DNA of 64,000 nt, taken from the NCBI GenBank assembly GCA_046537975.1, contig JBKHJR010000001.1, forward strand, positions 688-64,687. The letters are read 5' to 3'. The stretch is from Desulfurivibrionaceae bacterium (lineage in GTDB: Bacteria > Desulfobacterota > Desulfobulbia > Desulfobulbales > SURF-16). Position 1 is the first letter of the stretch; every line of letters begins with the position of its first letter. The notes beneath the pieces are model-generated. The model saw only the letters and a list, made by a program, of their open reading frames with translations, was not told where the DNA came from and did no database searches. Positions 54,655 to 63,449 of the stretch are shown here, piece after piece. The position numbers and the translations under genes are program-made.

Positions 54655-56547
54655 ATGAACTTAATAAATCTACAGGAAGTAAGCCTTGCCTTCGGCGGCA
54701 GTAACCTCCTTGACCGGATTAACCTCCGGATTGAAAGCGGAGAACGAGTCTGCCTGGTGGGTAGAAACGGTGAAGGCAAATCTTCCCTTTTGAAAATTAT
54801 TAACGGCGATCTCTCTCCGGACAGCGGCCAGATTATTCGTAGTCAGGGGATGAAAACCGCTATGCTGAGCCAGGAAGTCCCTGGAGACCTGAAAGGCACG
54901 GTATATGAGGTAGTGGCTTCCGGTCTGGCCGAGCTCCAGGGGCTTCTTACCAGGCATCATGAAATAAGCGAGGCCCTGAGCTCGTATCAGGATTCAACCC
55001 TGTTTGCCGAGCTCAGTGATATCCAGGCTAAAATAGAGGCAGCCGGCGGCTGGGATATAGCGCAGCAGGTGGAGTCGGTTCTTTCCAGACTTAAACTGGA
55101 TCCGAAAGCTGTTTTCGCTGATCTCTCCGGAGGATTGAAGCGCAGAACCATGCTGGCCCGATCCCTTGTGAGTTCTCCGGATTTGCTTCTGCTGGATGAA
55201 CCCACCAATCATCTGGACATCGATTCCATCAACTGGCTGGAGGATTTCCTCAAGGGGCTTGACTGTTCACTGCTCTTCATCACCCATGACCGGATGCTGG
55301 CGGCAAGTCTCGCCACTCGGATTCTTGATCTGGATCGGGGTGTCCTCACCAGCTGGCCGGGAGACTGGCATACCTATCTCAGGAAAAAGGAGGAATGGCT
55401 GGCAGTGGAGGCGGAACATCAGGAGAAGTTTGATAAGCGGCTTTCCCAGGAAGAGGCCTGGATACGACAAGGGGTCAAGGCAAGACGCACCCGCAATCAG
55501 GGCAGGGTCAGAGCTCTGCAGGCCATGCGCGAGGAGCGCCGGGCCCGGCGGGAGTTGAGCGGCAAGGCGAAGATGGAGATCCAGGAAGCGGAAAGATCCG
55601 GAAAACTGGTGGTCCGGGCCCAAAATATTTCCTACAGCTACGGAACTGAACCGGTAATCTCTGATTTCTCCACCACTATCCTGCGGGGAGACAAGGTGGG
55701 GTTACTCGGTCCCAACGGCTGCGGCAAGACCACTCTCCTCAAGCTGCTGCTGGGTGATCTCGAGCCTACGTCAGGAAAGATCAAGCTGGGTACCAACCTG
55801 GAGGTCGCCTATTTTGATCAGCTGCGGGGCCAGCTGGATGAAGAGGCCACTGTGGCTGAAAATGTCGGGGAAGGGAAAGACATGGTTGTCGTCAACAACC
55901 GCAGCAAACATATAATCGGCTATCTCAAAGATTTTCTTTTTACCCCGGACCGGGCCCGTTCTCCGGTTTCCATTCTCTCAGGGGGGGAAAGGAACAGGCT
56001 GCTTCTGGCCAAGCTTTTCACCAGGCCCGCCAACCTGCTGGTTATGGATGAGCCCACCAATGACCTGGATATGGAGACCCTGGAACTCCTGGAGGAACTG
56101 CTGGTCGATTATCAGGGTACGGTCCTCCTGGTCAGTCATGACCGGGCCTTTCTGGACAATGTGGTAACCAGTACCCTGGCCTATGAAGGCAAAGGCTGTT
56201 TTCAGGACTATGCCGGCGGTTACAGCGACTGGCTTAAGCAGAGAAAAAAACAGGAGCCTGCTGCCGCCCTGGACCAGCAGACCGGAAGGAAAAAGGGGAA
56301 AACAGTTAAGAACGGTACCCGGAAACCCACTTTCAAGGAAAAGAAGGAACTGGAGGAACTGCCGGAAAGAATCGAGGTCTTGGAGTCCGAGCAGGAAAAT
56401 CTGTACAGTGCCCTGGCTGATCCGGAAAGCTATCAGCAGGAGGGAGGAGATAAGATCGTCAGACTTAGAAACAGGCTGGCTGAACTTGAAAAAGAGCTGG
56501 AAGAGGCTTACCAGCGCTGGGAAGCTCTGGAGGGGATAGGGGATTAA
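54655..56547 (+). CDS. ABC-F family ATPase (Uup-like) with C-terminal coiled-coil
   Basis: 630 aa with two cassettes (GRNGEGKSS and GPNGCGKTT; LSGGLKRR and LSGGERNR). A basic linker and a C-terminal coiled coil (RLRNRLAELEKELEEAYQRWEALE) are present. Confidence 0.85.
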   Translation: MNLINLQEVSLAFGGSNLLDRINLRIESGERVCLVGRNGEGKSSLLKIINGDLSPDSGQIIRSQGMKTAMLSQEVPGDLKGTVYEVVASGLAELQGLLTRHHEISEALSSYQDSTLFAELSDIQAKIEAAGGWDIAQQVESVLSRLKLDPKAVFADLSGGLKRRTMLARSLVSSPDLLLLDEPTNHLDIDSINWLEDFLKGLDCSLLFITHDRMLAASLATRILDLDRGVLTSWPGDWHTYLRKKEEWLAVEAEHQEKFDKRLSQEEAWIRQGVKARRTRNQGRVRALQAMREERRARRELSGKAKMEIQEAERSGKLVVRAQNISYSYGTEPVISDFSTTILRGDKVGLLGPNGCGKTTLLKLLLGDLEPTSGKIKLGTNLEVAYFDQLRGQLDEEATVAENVGEGKDMVVVNNRSKHIIGYLKDFLFTPDRARSPVSILSGGERNRLLLAKLFTRPANLLVMDEPTNDLDMETLELLEELLVDYQGTVLLVSHDRAFLDNVVTSTLAYEGKGCFQDYAGGYSDWLKQRKKQEPAAALDQQTGRKKGKTVKNGTRKPTFKEKKELEELPERIEVLESEQENLYSALADPESYQQEGGDKIVRLRNRLAELEKELEEAYQRWEALEGIGD

Positions 56548-56718
56548 AGTTATCTGGTGGCTTTTAAGAAGGGGTTCTGATAAGTACAGAGGCCTACCTG
56601 GACCTGTTAATCCGGTTCCCCATTCCCATTATCTCTGCAGCCCTGCAGTATCTTATTGACATATCATAGAGTTTAATTAATCTAATGAAAGGACAACCTC
56701 ATCGTTTCAGATAAGAAT

Positions 56719-57060
56719 ATGAAAGAAATTCAGGAAATTCTAAACAGACTTCTCCGCTTCCGTGACGAACGGGACTGGGCCCAGTTCCACACCGCCAAGA
56801 ACCTGGCCCTTTCCATCTCCCTGGAATCCGCAGAACTTCTGGAGTTTTTCCAGTGGACCACGGAAGACCAGGATATCCCGCCGGAAAAAATAGATCACCT
56901 TTCCGATGAAATTGCCGATATCTTCATCTACCTCCTGCTTATGTCCCACAAGCTGGGTGTTGATCCCCTGCAGGCGGCGGAGGAAAAGATCAAAAAGAAC
57001 GAAGAAAAGTATCCGGCCGAGCTGGTGAAAGGCAAGAGTTTCAAGTATGACGAGTATTGA
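56719..57060 (+). CDS. MazG-like nucleotide pyrophosphohydrolase (all-alpha NTP-PPase, dCTPase-like)
   Basis: 113 aa. FRDERDWAQFHTAKNLALSISLESAELLEFFQW and LSDEIADIFIYLL give the ExxE...ExxD metal-binding helices. Confidence 0.8.
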   Translation: MKEIQEILNRLLRFRDERDWAQFHTAKNLALSISLESAELLEFFQWTTEDQDIPPEKIDHLSDEIADIFIYLLLMSHKLGVDPLQAAEEKIKKNEEKYPAELVKGKSFKYDEY

Positions 57061-57145
57061 GGAAGGTGGATAATCCCGCCGAGCCCCGGCTTTCTGCCGG
57101 ACTATGCCCATGGATGAAATGATCCAGGGTTGAGAAGGTTTATTT

Positions 57146-57826
57146 ATGGAGATCAATCCCGATAAATTGTATGCCGTAATTACCGGTGATATTATCGGCT
57201 CTTCCGGGCTTCCGGATTTCGAGAGAAAGAAGCTTTATGAAGTCATGAGGTCAGGGGGGGATGCCCTGAGAGCGGCGCACCCGAAAGCTGTTCCCCTGGA
57301 TATTGATATCTTTCGTGGTGACAGCTGGCAGCTGCTTGTTGCAGATCCCGGAATGTCTATAAGGACAGGGCTGCTGTACAGGCTTTATATAAAGGCACAT
57401 ATGCAGAACAGGGTTGACACGCGTATGGCTTTTGCAGTCGGCCGTATCTCGTTTATCCCCGAGCGCAGGGTGAGTGAGGGAGAGGGGAGGGCATTTTACC
57501 TGTCAGGTAAGGCTCTGGAAGAAATGGAAGCTTTCTGTTCTATGGCTTTTTCTCTTGATGACCCGGACGTCAAATCAGAAGTTTTTAATTCCATTGTGAT
57601 TCTTCTTGATGCCGTTGTTTCGGATTTAAGTGAGAAACAGTCTCTTGCCCTGTATGGCGCCCTATTGAATCAAACTCAGAATAGAATAGCCACCCTCTGG
57701 AATCCGGCGGTCAAGCAGCAGACCGTAGCCAAGTTACTTAAAAGAGCTCAGTGGCGTCACCTTGAAAAGGTTCTTTATTTATTTGAGAACAGCCTTTACA
57801 GGTTGTTCCCGGATTATACAGCCTGA
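57146..57826 (+). CDS. SatD family protein (uncharacterised; C-terminal HTH-like segment)
   Basis: The N-terminal LYAVITGDIIGSS motif is typical of SatD-family proteins as I recall them. The C-terminal SEKQSLALYGALLNQTQNRIATLWNPAVKQQTVAKLLKRAQW looks like an HTH. It is followed by a DUF3307 gene, the known SatD partner. Confidence 0.55.
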   Translation: MEINPDKLYAVITGDIIGSSGLPDFERKKLYEVMRSGGDALRAAHPKAVPLDIDIFRGDSWQLLVADPGMSIRTGLLYRLYIKAHMQNRVDTRMAFAVGRISFIPERRVSEGEGRAFYLSGKALEEMEAFCSMAFSLDDPDVKSEVFNSIVILLDAVVSDLSEKQSLALYGALLNQTQNRIATLWNPAVKQQTVAKLLKRAQWRHLEKVLYLFENSLYRLFPDYTA

Positions 57827-57864
57827 TATGGCTGTATTTAGACTAAGCAGCCATTTATGCCTGT

Positions 57865-58650
57865 ATGGTTGGGACTGGATTAATGATTGATTTTTCAGTA
57901 CAGCTCACCATATGTCTTCTGAGTGCCCATATATTCGGGGATTTTCTGCTGCAGGCCGATAATGATGCCACCCGCAAGCCCCGGAGTTTCCGCATTCTGT
58001 TTAAACACTCTCTTGTTGTTGCCGCCCTGAGTTATCTTCTGGCCGGATTCTGGCAGGCCTGGTCCATCCCTGTTGTAATTTTTCTCTCCCACGCAGCAAT
58101 AGATTATCTGAAATCGTTATCAGCCGGTAAAGGGTTCAGGGCCCTGATGTTTGATCAGGCGGCCCATGTTGCAGTTATTCTGGCTCTGGTCTGGTTGATT
58201 GCCCCTGTTTTCCCCGGCCGTGATACCTACTGGATGATACTTTTCGGTTCTCTATTTTTTAAGGCTCTTGTCCTGGCAGCAGGTTTTGTTCTGGCTGTTA
58301 ATGGAGGCAGTGTAGCAGTAAATACAGCTGTAGCTTCCCATCTTGACGAGATGGGGGAATCCGCGTCAAAAGAGGGAGAACGGCCCGGGGTTGGAAGAGG
58401 ATTGCAGCAGGGCGGCAAGATAATCGGCCGATTGGAGCGAGCCCTGATTTTTCTTTTTATCCTGATTGAGACTCCGGAAAGTCTGGGCTTTCTGATAGCG
58501 GCAAAAACGATATTCCGATTCGGGGAACTCAAAGAAACCAGCCAGCGTATGGAGACCGAATATATCATGATCGGCACTCTCTGGAGTTTTGTCTATGGCA
58601 TAGCTGTAGCATACGGAACCTGCCAGGTTATGGAATGGCTCCTGCCTTGA
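57865..58650 (+). CDS. DUF3307 family membrane protein
   Basis: Polytopic. The LSAHIFGDFLLQ and SHAAIDYLK motifs (H..DF..Q and H..D) are typical of DUF3307. The start could be the Met at 57883. Confidence 0.6.
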   Translation: MVGTGLMIDFSVQLTICLLSAHIFGDFLLQADNDATRKPRSFRILFKHSLVVAALSYLLAGFWQAWSIPVVIFLSHAAIDYLKSLSAGKGFRALMFDQAAHVAVILALVWLIAPVFPGRDTYWMILFGSLFFKALVLAAGFVLAVNGGSVAVNTAVASHLDEMGESASKEGERPGVGRGLQQGGKIIGRLERALIFLFILIETPESLGFLIAAKTIFRFGELKETSQRMETEYIMIGTLWSFVYGIAVAYGTCQVMEWLLP

Positions 58651-58708
58651 CAGTATTTTGCCGGGCTGTCGCTTTTACAATTGCGGCAGTAAGGTCAGGA
58701 TCGGTTAA

Positions 58709-59854
58709 ATGATAAGACCGGATTATAACTACAGTATTGTCAACCTTGTTTCTTCCCTGATTCTGGCTTCAGGAGGCAAGCCCCGGGGCTATGCCCCCCT
58801 GGTCGGCCTGGAGGAACGGGAACTGTCCGGACGGCCTCTTGTTCTTCTGGTCATTGATGGACTGGGGGACTCTTTTTTAGGGAATTTCCCGGACAGTTTC
58901 CTCTTCCGGCACCGCAAGAGGCGGCTGTCCTCGGTTTTTCCTCCCACCACCGCCACAGCGGTGACCAGCTTTTATACCGGGGTAGGCCCCCGGCAGCACG
59001 GAATCATCGGATGGTATACTTTTTTCAAGGAAATGGGTACAGTAGCCACGGTCCTGCCTTTCCGGCCCCGTTACGGCGGACCCAGTTTTTCCGGGGCCGG
59101 TGTTTCCCCGGCTCAGTTTATCGGCAGTGATTCCCTGTTCAATTCGCTGGATATTCCCTGTCACGTGGTACTGCCCCACTATCTGATCGATTCCGGCTAC
59201 AGCCGGACCCTGTCAGGAAAGGCCCAACGCCACTCTTATGAGGATCTGGCCGGGATGTTTGCCCGGCTCGAAAATCTGGCGGTTTCCGGGAAGGCCGGTA
59301 TGGTCATAGCCTACCTGCCGGATCTGGACAGTCTTGCCCATGAGAAGGGGATAAGCAGTCCCGAGGTGAAGACCCTTTTCCGGGAGCTGGACAGGCAGTG
59401 TCAAACCTTTCTTCCCGAGGTGGCGGATAGCGGAGCCACCGTCCTGATAAGCGCCGATCACGGCCTGGTTGATAGCTCTGCCGATAGAGTTATCCACCTG
59501 AATGATCACCCCCGGCTTGCCTCCACCCTGGCTCTTCCCCTCTGCGGCGACCCCCGCTGCGCTTACTGCTATGTGCGCCCGGAGCGTCAAGGGGATTTTG
59601 AGCACTACATTGACCACGAACTCGGCTTTGCCTGTGAACTGAAAACCGGCCGGGACCTTATCCGGGAAGGCTATTTCGGCCCGGGGCCTTCCTCGCCAAG
59701 GCTGGAGGAGCGGATCGGGGATTACGCTTTGCTGATGCGGGATAATTACGTTATTAAAGATTGCCTGCTCACCGAGGATAGAGCATCAGAACAGAAAGGA
59801 GTGCATGGGGGGCTTACGGAAGAAGAGCTCTATGTACCCCTCATCCTGCTGTAA
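58709..59854 (+). CDS. alkaline phosphatase superfamily protein (type I phosphodiesterase / nucleotide pyrophosphatase-like)
   Basis: The metal and nucleophile positions are VIDGLGDSF, FPPTTATAVTSFYTG, LPDLDSLAHEKG and ISADHG, followed by a C-terminal HGG. Confidence 0.7.
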   Translation: MIRPDYNYSIVNLVSSLILASGGKPRGYAPLVGLEERELSGRPLVLLVIDGLGDSFLGNFPDSFLFRHRKRRLSSVFPPTTATAVTSFYTGVGPRQHGIIGWYTFFKEMGTVATVLPFRPRYGGPSFSGAGVSPAQFIGSDSLFNSLDIPCHVVLPHYLIDSGYSRTLSGKAQRHSYEDLAGMFARLENLAVSGKAGMVIAYLPDLDSLAHEKGISSPEVKTLFRELDRQCQTFLPEVADSGATVLISADHGLVDSSADRVIHLNDHPRLASTLALPLCGDPRCAYCYVRPERQGDFEHYIDHELGFACELKTGRDLIREGYFGPGPSSPRLEERIGDYALLMRDNYVIKDCLLTEDRASEQKGVHGGLTEEELYVPLILL

Positions 59855-60093
59855 TTTATGTTGAGGGCTTCAATCTTCCCCTTATTGAAATTATGGTAAG
59901 GTATATGCGGCCATTTCCCTGGTCCGCTATTTCCAAGCCGGTCACAAGGTTAGAGGGGATCGTGGCCATGGTAAGCATTTAATAAATCTGCCAAGGGTAA
60001 AGGTCATACTTGTCAAAAGTCCTCTTGCGGGTTTATCCTGTTTAAGTATCCAATCTGGAGTCACGAATTATCACCTCAGTCAAGGAGGCTTAT

Positions 60094-61128
60094 ATGAGCG
60101 ATAACAGCGTCTTTTTCACTCCCTGGACTTCCGGGGGGAATATGCTGGAGAAAGCCGAAAAACTGTATCTGAAGTCCGGTATTCTGGATGCGGTGCAGGC
60201 AGGTGACATAGTAGCGGTCAAGCTTCATGTCGGTGAATTGGGCAACCCCAATTACATCCGTCCTTTCTTTGTTAAACAGGTTTTGGACCTGATCCGGGAG
60301 AAAGGGGGCAAGCCTTTTCTGACCGACACCAGTACCTTGTATCCTCTGAAGCGTACCAACGCTCTGGACCATATGGAGACTGCGGTGGCCAACGGCTTCG
60401 GCTTTGCCCCCTTTATTGTGGCAGATGGTCTGAAAAGCGAAAACACGGTTTCGGTCGGAACCGGGGATCCTCTGCTGCCGGAAGTGGAAGTGGCCGGGGC
60501 TGTGCACCAGGCCGACGCCATGATCGTACTCTCCCATGTCAAGGGCCATCCTTTGAGCGGTTTCGGAGGTGCGGTTAAAAATCTGGCCATGGGCTGTGTG
60601 GGCAAGAAAAGCAAGCTGGAGCAGCACCGCCTGGTGGACCTGGTTCTGGATGAGGGTCTTTGTCAGGGCTGCGAAACCTGTGTGGAGGCCTGCTGGCTGG
60701 GCCTGCCCAGAATGGAAGGGAATGTTGCGGTTATCGACAGCCCTTACTGCATGCGCTGTCCCATCTGCAGCAGTTCCTGTCCGGAAGGGGCCATAACTCT
60801 GCATAATCTGGAGAGGTTGAGCCAGGGTCTGGCTGTGACCGCTAAGGCGGTTGCCTCCACATTTGATCCGGACAAGACGGCTTATGTCAATTTTGCCACC
60901 GAGATCTCCACGGTTTGCGACTGCGCCCCGATCGAGGGCAGGATGGTCGGGGCCAACCAGGGGATTGTGGCAGGCTTTTCCCTCCTGGCGGTGGAGGCCG
61001 CCTCCCTGGCCAGGATAGACCACCAGGCCCTGTATCAGGAGCATAAGGTGGACTGCTGGACCCAGCTCCGCAAGCTGGCGGAACTTGAAGGCGGGTCAGG
61101 CTTGGAGCCGGAGGTATACGAGGTTTAA
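60094..61128 (+). CDS. DUF362 domain protein with inserted 2x[4Fe-4S] ferredoxin motifs
   Basis: DUF362 N-terminal pattern (GDIVAVKLHVGELGNPNYIRPFFVKQVLDLIREKGGKPFLTDTSTLY...HVKGH), plus CQGCETCVEAC and CMRCPICSSSCPEGA. Confidence 0.8.
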   Translation: MSDNSVFFTPWTSGGNMLEKAEKLYLKSGILDAVQAGDIVAVKLHVGELGNPNYIRPFFVKQVLDLIREKGGKPFLTDTSTLYPLKRTNALDHMETAVANGFGFAPFIVADGLKSENTVSVGTGDPLLPEVEVAGAVHQADAMIVLSHVKGHPLSGFGGAVKNLAMGCVGKKSKLEQHRLVDLVLDEGLCQGCETCVEACWLGLPRMEGNVAVIDSPYCMRCPICSSSCPEGAITLHNLERLSQGLAVTAKAVASTFDPDKTAYVNFATEISTVCDCAPIEGRMVGANQGIVAGFSLLAVEAASLARIDHQALYQEHKVDCWTQLRKLAELEGGSGLEPEVYEV

Positions 61129-61167
61129 ATCGTTAACAGCGCCTGGAAGTTTAGAGCTCAGTGTCGG

Positions 61168-61746
61168 TTATTGGTTTGAAATGGGCTGAACCAGGGTAAA
61201 GGCCCCCCGGATGTCGCCTTCGGAAAATCCCCGGGCCCGGTCCCGGGGATAAAATTTGTCTATTTTCTTTTCAACCTCAGGGGCAATTGATTTGCCGTGG
61301 CATTTAAGGCAGACTTCCTCGGTTTTAATGGCCTTCATGTAACGGAAATATTTTTTGCCGTCCTTTTTCACAACCGAATATAGTTCCATGTCCTCAGGGT
61401 CCCGGCCGGCCTCGTTCTGCTTCTTAAACTTCTTTAACACCTTTTTCTCCCATTGGTCCGGGGCGTTGTCGGGATTGCGGTATTTGAGGGAGGTGCGGCC
61501 TATCTCACAGCCGGAGCGCACTGTAAAGCGCCGGTCAATCCGGGGAGCCTCTTCGCTGCATACAGTAATGGCTTTGACCGCCCCTCCTTTTAGGAATGCC
61601 AGTCTGAGGCGGCTTTTGAGTTCATTGGCATATTGCGAGATGAACTCCCGGCTTTCTGCAGCCCGTTTTTCAAGATCAGCGGAGAAACCGGAGCCCGGAC
61701 AGAGGACTGAGAGCATAAGGGCTGTGAGTAAGATTTTTATCCGCAT
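61168..61746 (-). CDS. DUF3365 (Tll0287-like) periplasmic heme-c domain protein
   Basis: Signal peptide, a single CLKCHG heme-c motif near the C-terminus, and FYPRDRARGFSEGDIRGAFTL typical of DUF3365. Confidence 0.75.
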   Translation of the reverse strand: MRIKILLTALMLSVLCPGSGFSADLEKRAAESREFISQYANELKSRLRLAFLKGGAVKAITVCSEEAPRIDRRFTVRSGCEIGRTSLKYRNPDNAPDQWEKKVLKKFKKQNEAGRDPEDMELYSVVKKDGKKYFRYMKAIKTEEVCLKCHGKSIAPEVEKKIDKFYPRDRARGFSEGDIRGAFTLVQPISNQ

Positions 61747-62411
61747 ACTGTAGTTCTCCCTTGTTATGAGGTCAGAGGACAGCCGATGGTGTGAACTCTT
61801 AGTTAAATTATTTGTTTTTTAAGCCCGGTTGTCAATCTTCAATTCCTTATCAGGCCATTCGCCCTGTTTAATCTTAGGGGGATCCTGCCTTCCGGGGATT
61901 ACGGTAATCTTCTTATCCAGGCGGCAGGAATCCTGCCAAGTTGTTTGACTTAATCTTTTTTTCTGCTTACTCTATTAGTCTTATATGTTGCCACCGGTAT
62001 TAAAATCTCAATTTCCCGGGTTGATTTATCTCTTTGATAAAGCGCGCAAATTTCATGTAAGATATGGTGTCTTATGGTTGGTATGTTTATTCAGGAACAT
62101 TGCGCAGTGTTTGTTAGTGGTTCTTGGCGAAGCGAAACGTTTAAAATTTCAACTGCCTGAAGCGAGGTACGAGCGAGTTTTGAAATTTTAGTGAAGCGAG
62201 CCTTAGGACCAGTCAACACGAAGCAGTTCCTGAATGGCTATGCCAATCTCTTGAAATCGTAGTAATTTTCATAAGCCGGCAAGTTGAGTTAAAAGGAAAT
62301 GAAGACATCAGGGTCGCTCGGTATCCGGAGGGGACATTTAACATCCTCCCGGCCAGGAGCAGGCTGTCATCCCCCAAAAAACGTGTCAGGTTCAAGAGGT
62401 CCTGTCAAATT

Positions 62412-63284
62412 ATGGTTATGTCCGGCCTGATGACCATGCTGATGCTTTCCTGCGACGGTGAGGTCCCGGAAAAGCAGCCTCCTGCCGCCTTCAGCAGAGA
62501 CCAGGGCCCTATGGTGATCGCTCACCGGGGTGGGTCCGGTCTCAGGCCGGAAAACACCATGGCCGCTTTTAAGCACGCCCTAAAGCTGGGGGTGCACGGC
62601 CTGGAGATGGACGTGCATCTGAGCCGGGACAAGGAGCTGGTGGTTATTCATGATTCCACAGTAGAGCGGATCACTCAGGGGCGGGGCAAGGTGGAGGATA
62701 TGGACCTGAAAGAACTCAAGAGACTGGACGCAGGGTACAGATTCACTTCCCCTGACCGCCCCGGGGAACATCCCTGGCGGGGGCAGGGTCTTGAGATCCC
62801 CACCTTGCGGGAGGTCTTACAGGAATTTTCTGATACTCCGCTGTGCATCGAGATAAAACCCGATAACCCTGAGATCGTGCAAATCCTGGCAGAGATGCTC
62901 CGGGAATTCGGGCGGTTGGACAATACCGTGGTCTCTTCTTTTCACCACAACGTCTTGGAGTGTCTGCGTCAGGAGCTGCCCGGAGCAATCACCGGAGCCT
63001 CCAAGGTTGAAGTGCGTCGTCTCTATATCCTGCATCTGTTCCACCTGGCCGGGCTCTACAGCCCCGACTTCCAGGTGCTGCAGATTCCGGAACGGTGGGG
63101 TCCCTTCAAACTGGCCACTCAGGACTTTATCCGCCGGGCCCGGGACAAGGGGCTTTTGGTCCAGATCTGGGGCGTGGATAAGAAAGAGGTGATGCGCAGG
63201 TACCTGGAGATGGGGGTGGACGGGATCATCACTGACCGGCCTGATTCCCTGCTGGAGATAACAGGTGCTGATAACGCTTCTTAG
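62412..63284 (+). CDS. glycerophosphodiester phosphodiesterase (lipoprotein-like N-terminus)
   Basis: VIAHRGGSGLRPENTMAAF...GLEMDVHLSRDKELVVIHDSTVERIT and VDGIITDRP are GDPD-family motifs. The N-terminus LMTMLMLSC is lipobox-like. Confidence 0.85.
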   Translation: MVMSGLMTMLMLSCDGEVPEKQPPAAFSRDQGPMVIAHRGGSGLRPENTMAAFKHALKLGVHGLEMDVHLSRDKELVVIHDSTVERITQGRGKVEDMDLKELKRLDAGYRFTSPDRPGEHPWRGQGLEIPTLREVLQEFSDTPLCIEIKPDNPEIVQILAEMLREFGRLDNTVVSSFHHNVLECLRQELPGAITGASKVEVRRLYILHLFHLAGLYSPDFQVLQIPERWGPFKLATQDFIRRARDKGLLVQIWGVDKKEVMRRYLEMGVDGIITDRPDSLLEITGADNAS

Positions 63285-63324
63285 AAAAAAGACAGGTTGA
63301 AGCCGGGCTCGCAGAGGCTCTTGT

Positions 63325-63365
63325 AAGGCAGGGTGATGTTCTTTGGTCACCCTGCCTTTTTATTA
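63325..63365 (+). terminator. rho-independent terminator after the GDPD gene
   Basis: Perfect 12-bp stem aaggcagggtga / tcaccctgcctt with a 10-nt loop, followed by tttattat. Confidence 0.75.
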
Positions 63366-63449
63366 TATTCGACAAGGGTCGGGACTTGAAATATAAGTTT
63401 CAGGTTATATCCTTAAAGAAGGTTGACAATGTTTTAAGGGAGGCACGAT

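Noticed and set aside
60076-61044. 322-aa minus-strand ORF covering almost the whole DUF362 gene
   Set aside because: It is antisense to a plus-strand ORF with clear DUF362 and CxxCxxCxxxC ferredoxin motifs. Its own translation is Gly/Pro/Arg/His-rich with no recognisable motif, a typical GC-frame shadow ORF.
61985-62191. 68-aa plus ORF and 60-aa minus ORF (62213-62395) in the long DUF3365/GDPD spacer
   Set aside because: Neither has an SD. Their composition and hydrophobicity are unprotein-like, and the ORF end coincides with the DNA repeat/hairpin structure. I treated the region as non-coding.
62129-62199. Possible CRISPR-like array because of the three GAAGCGA repeats
   Set aside because: The repeats are only 7 nt, the spacing is irregular (30 and 34 nt), and there are no cas genes. 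The intervening sequences are themselves inverted repeats of each other. This is not a CRISPR architecture.
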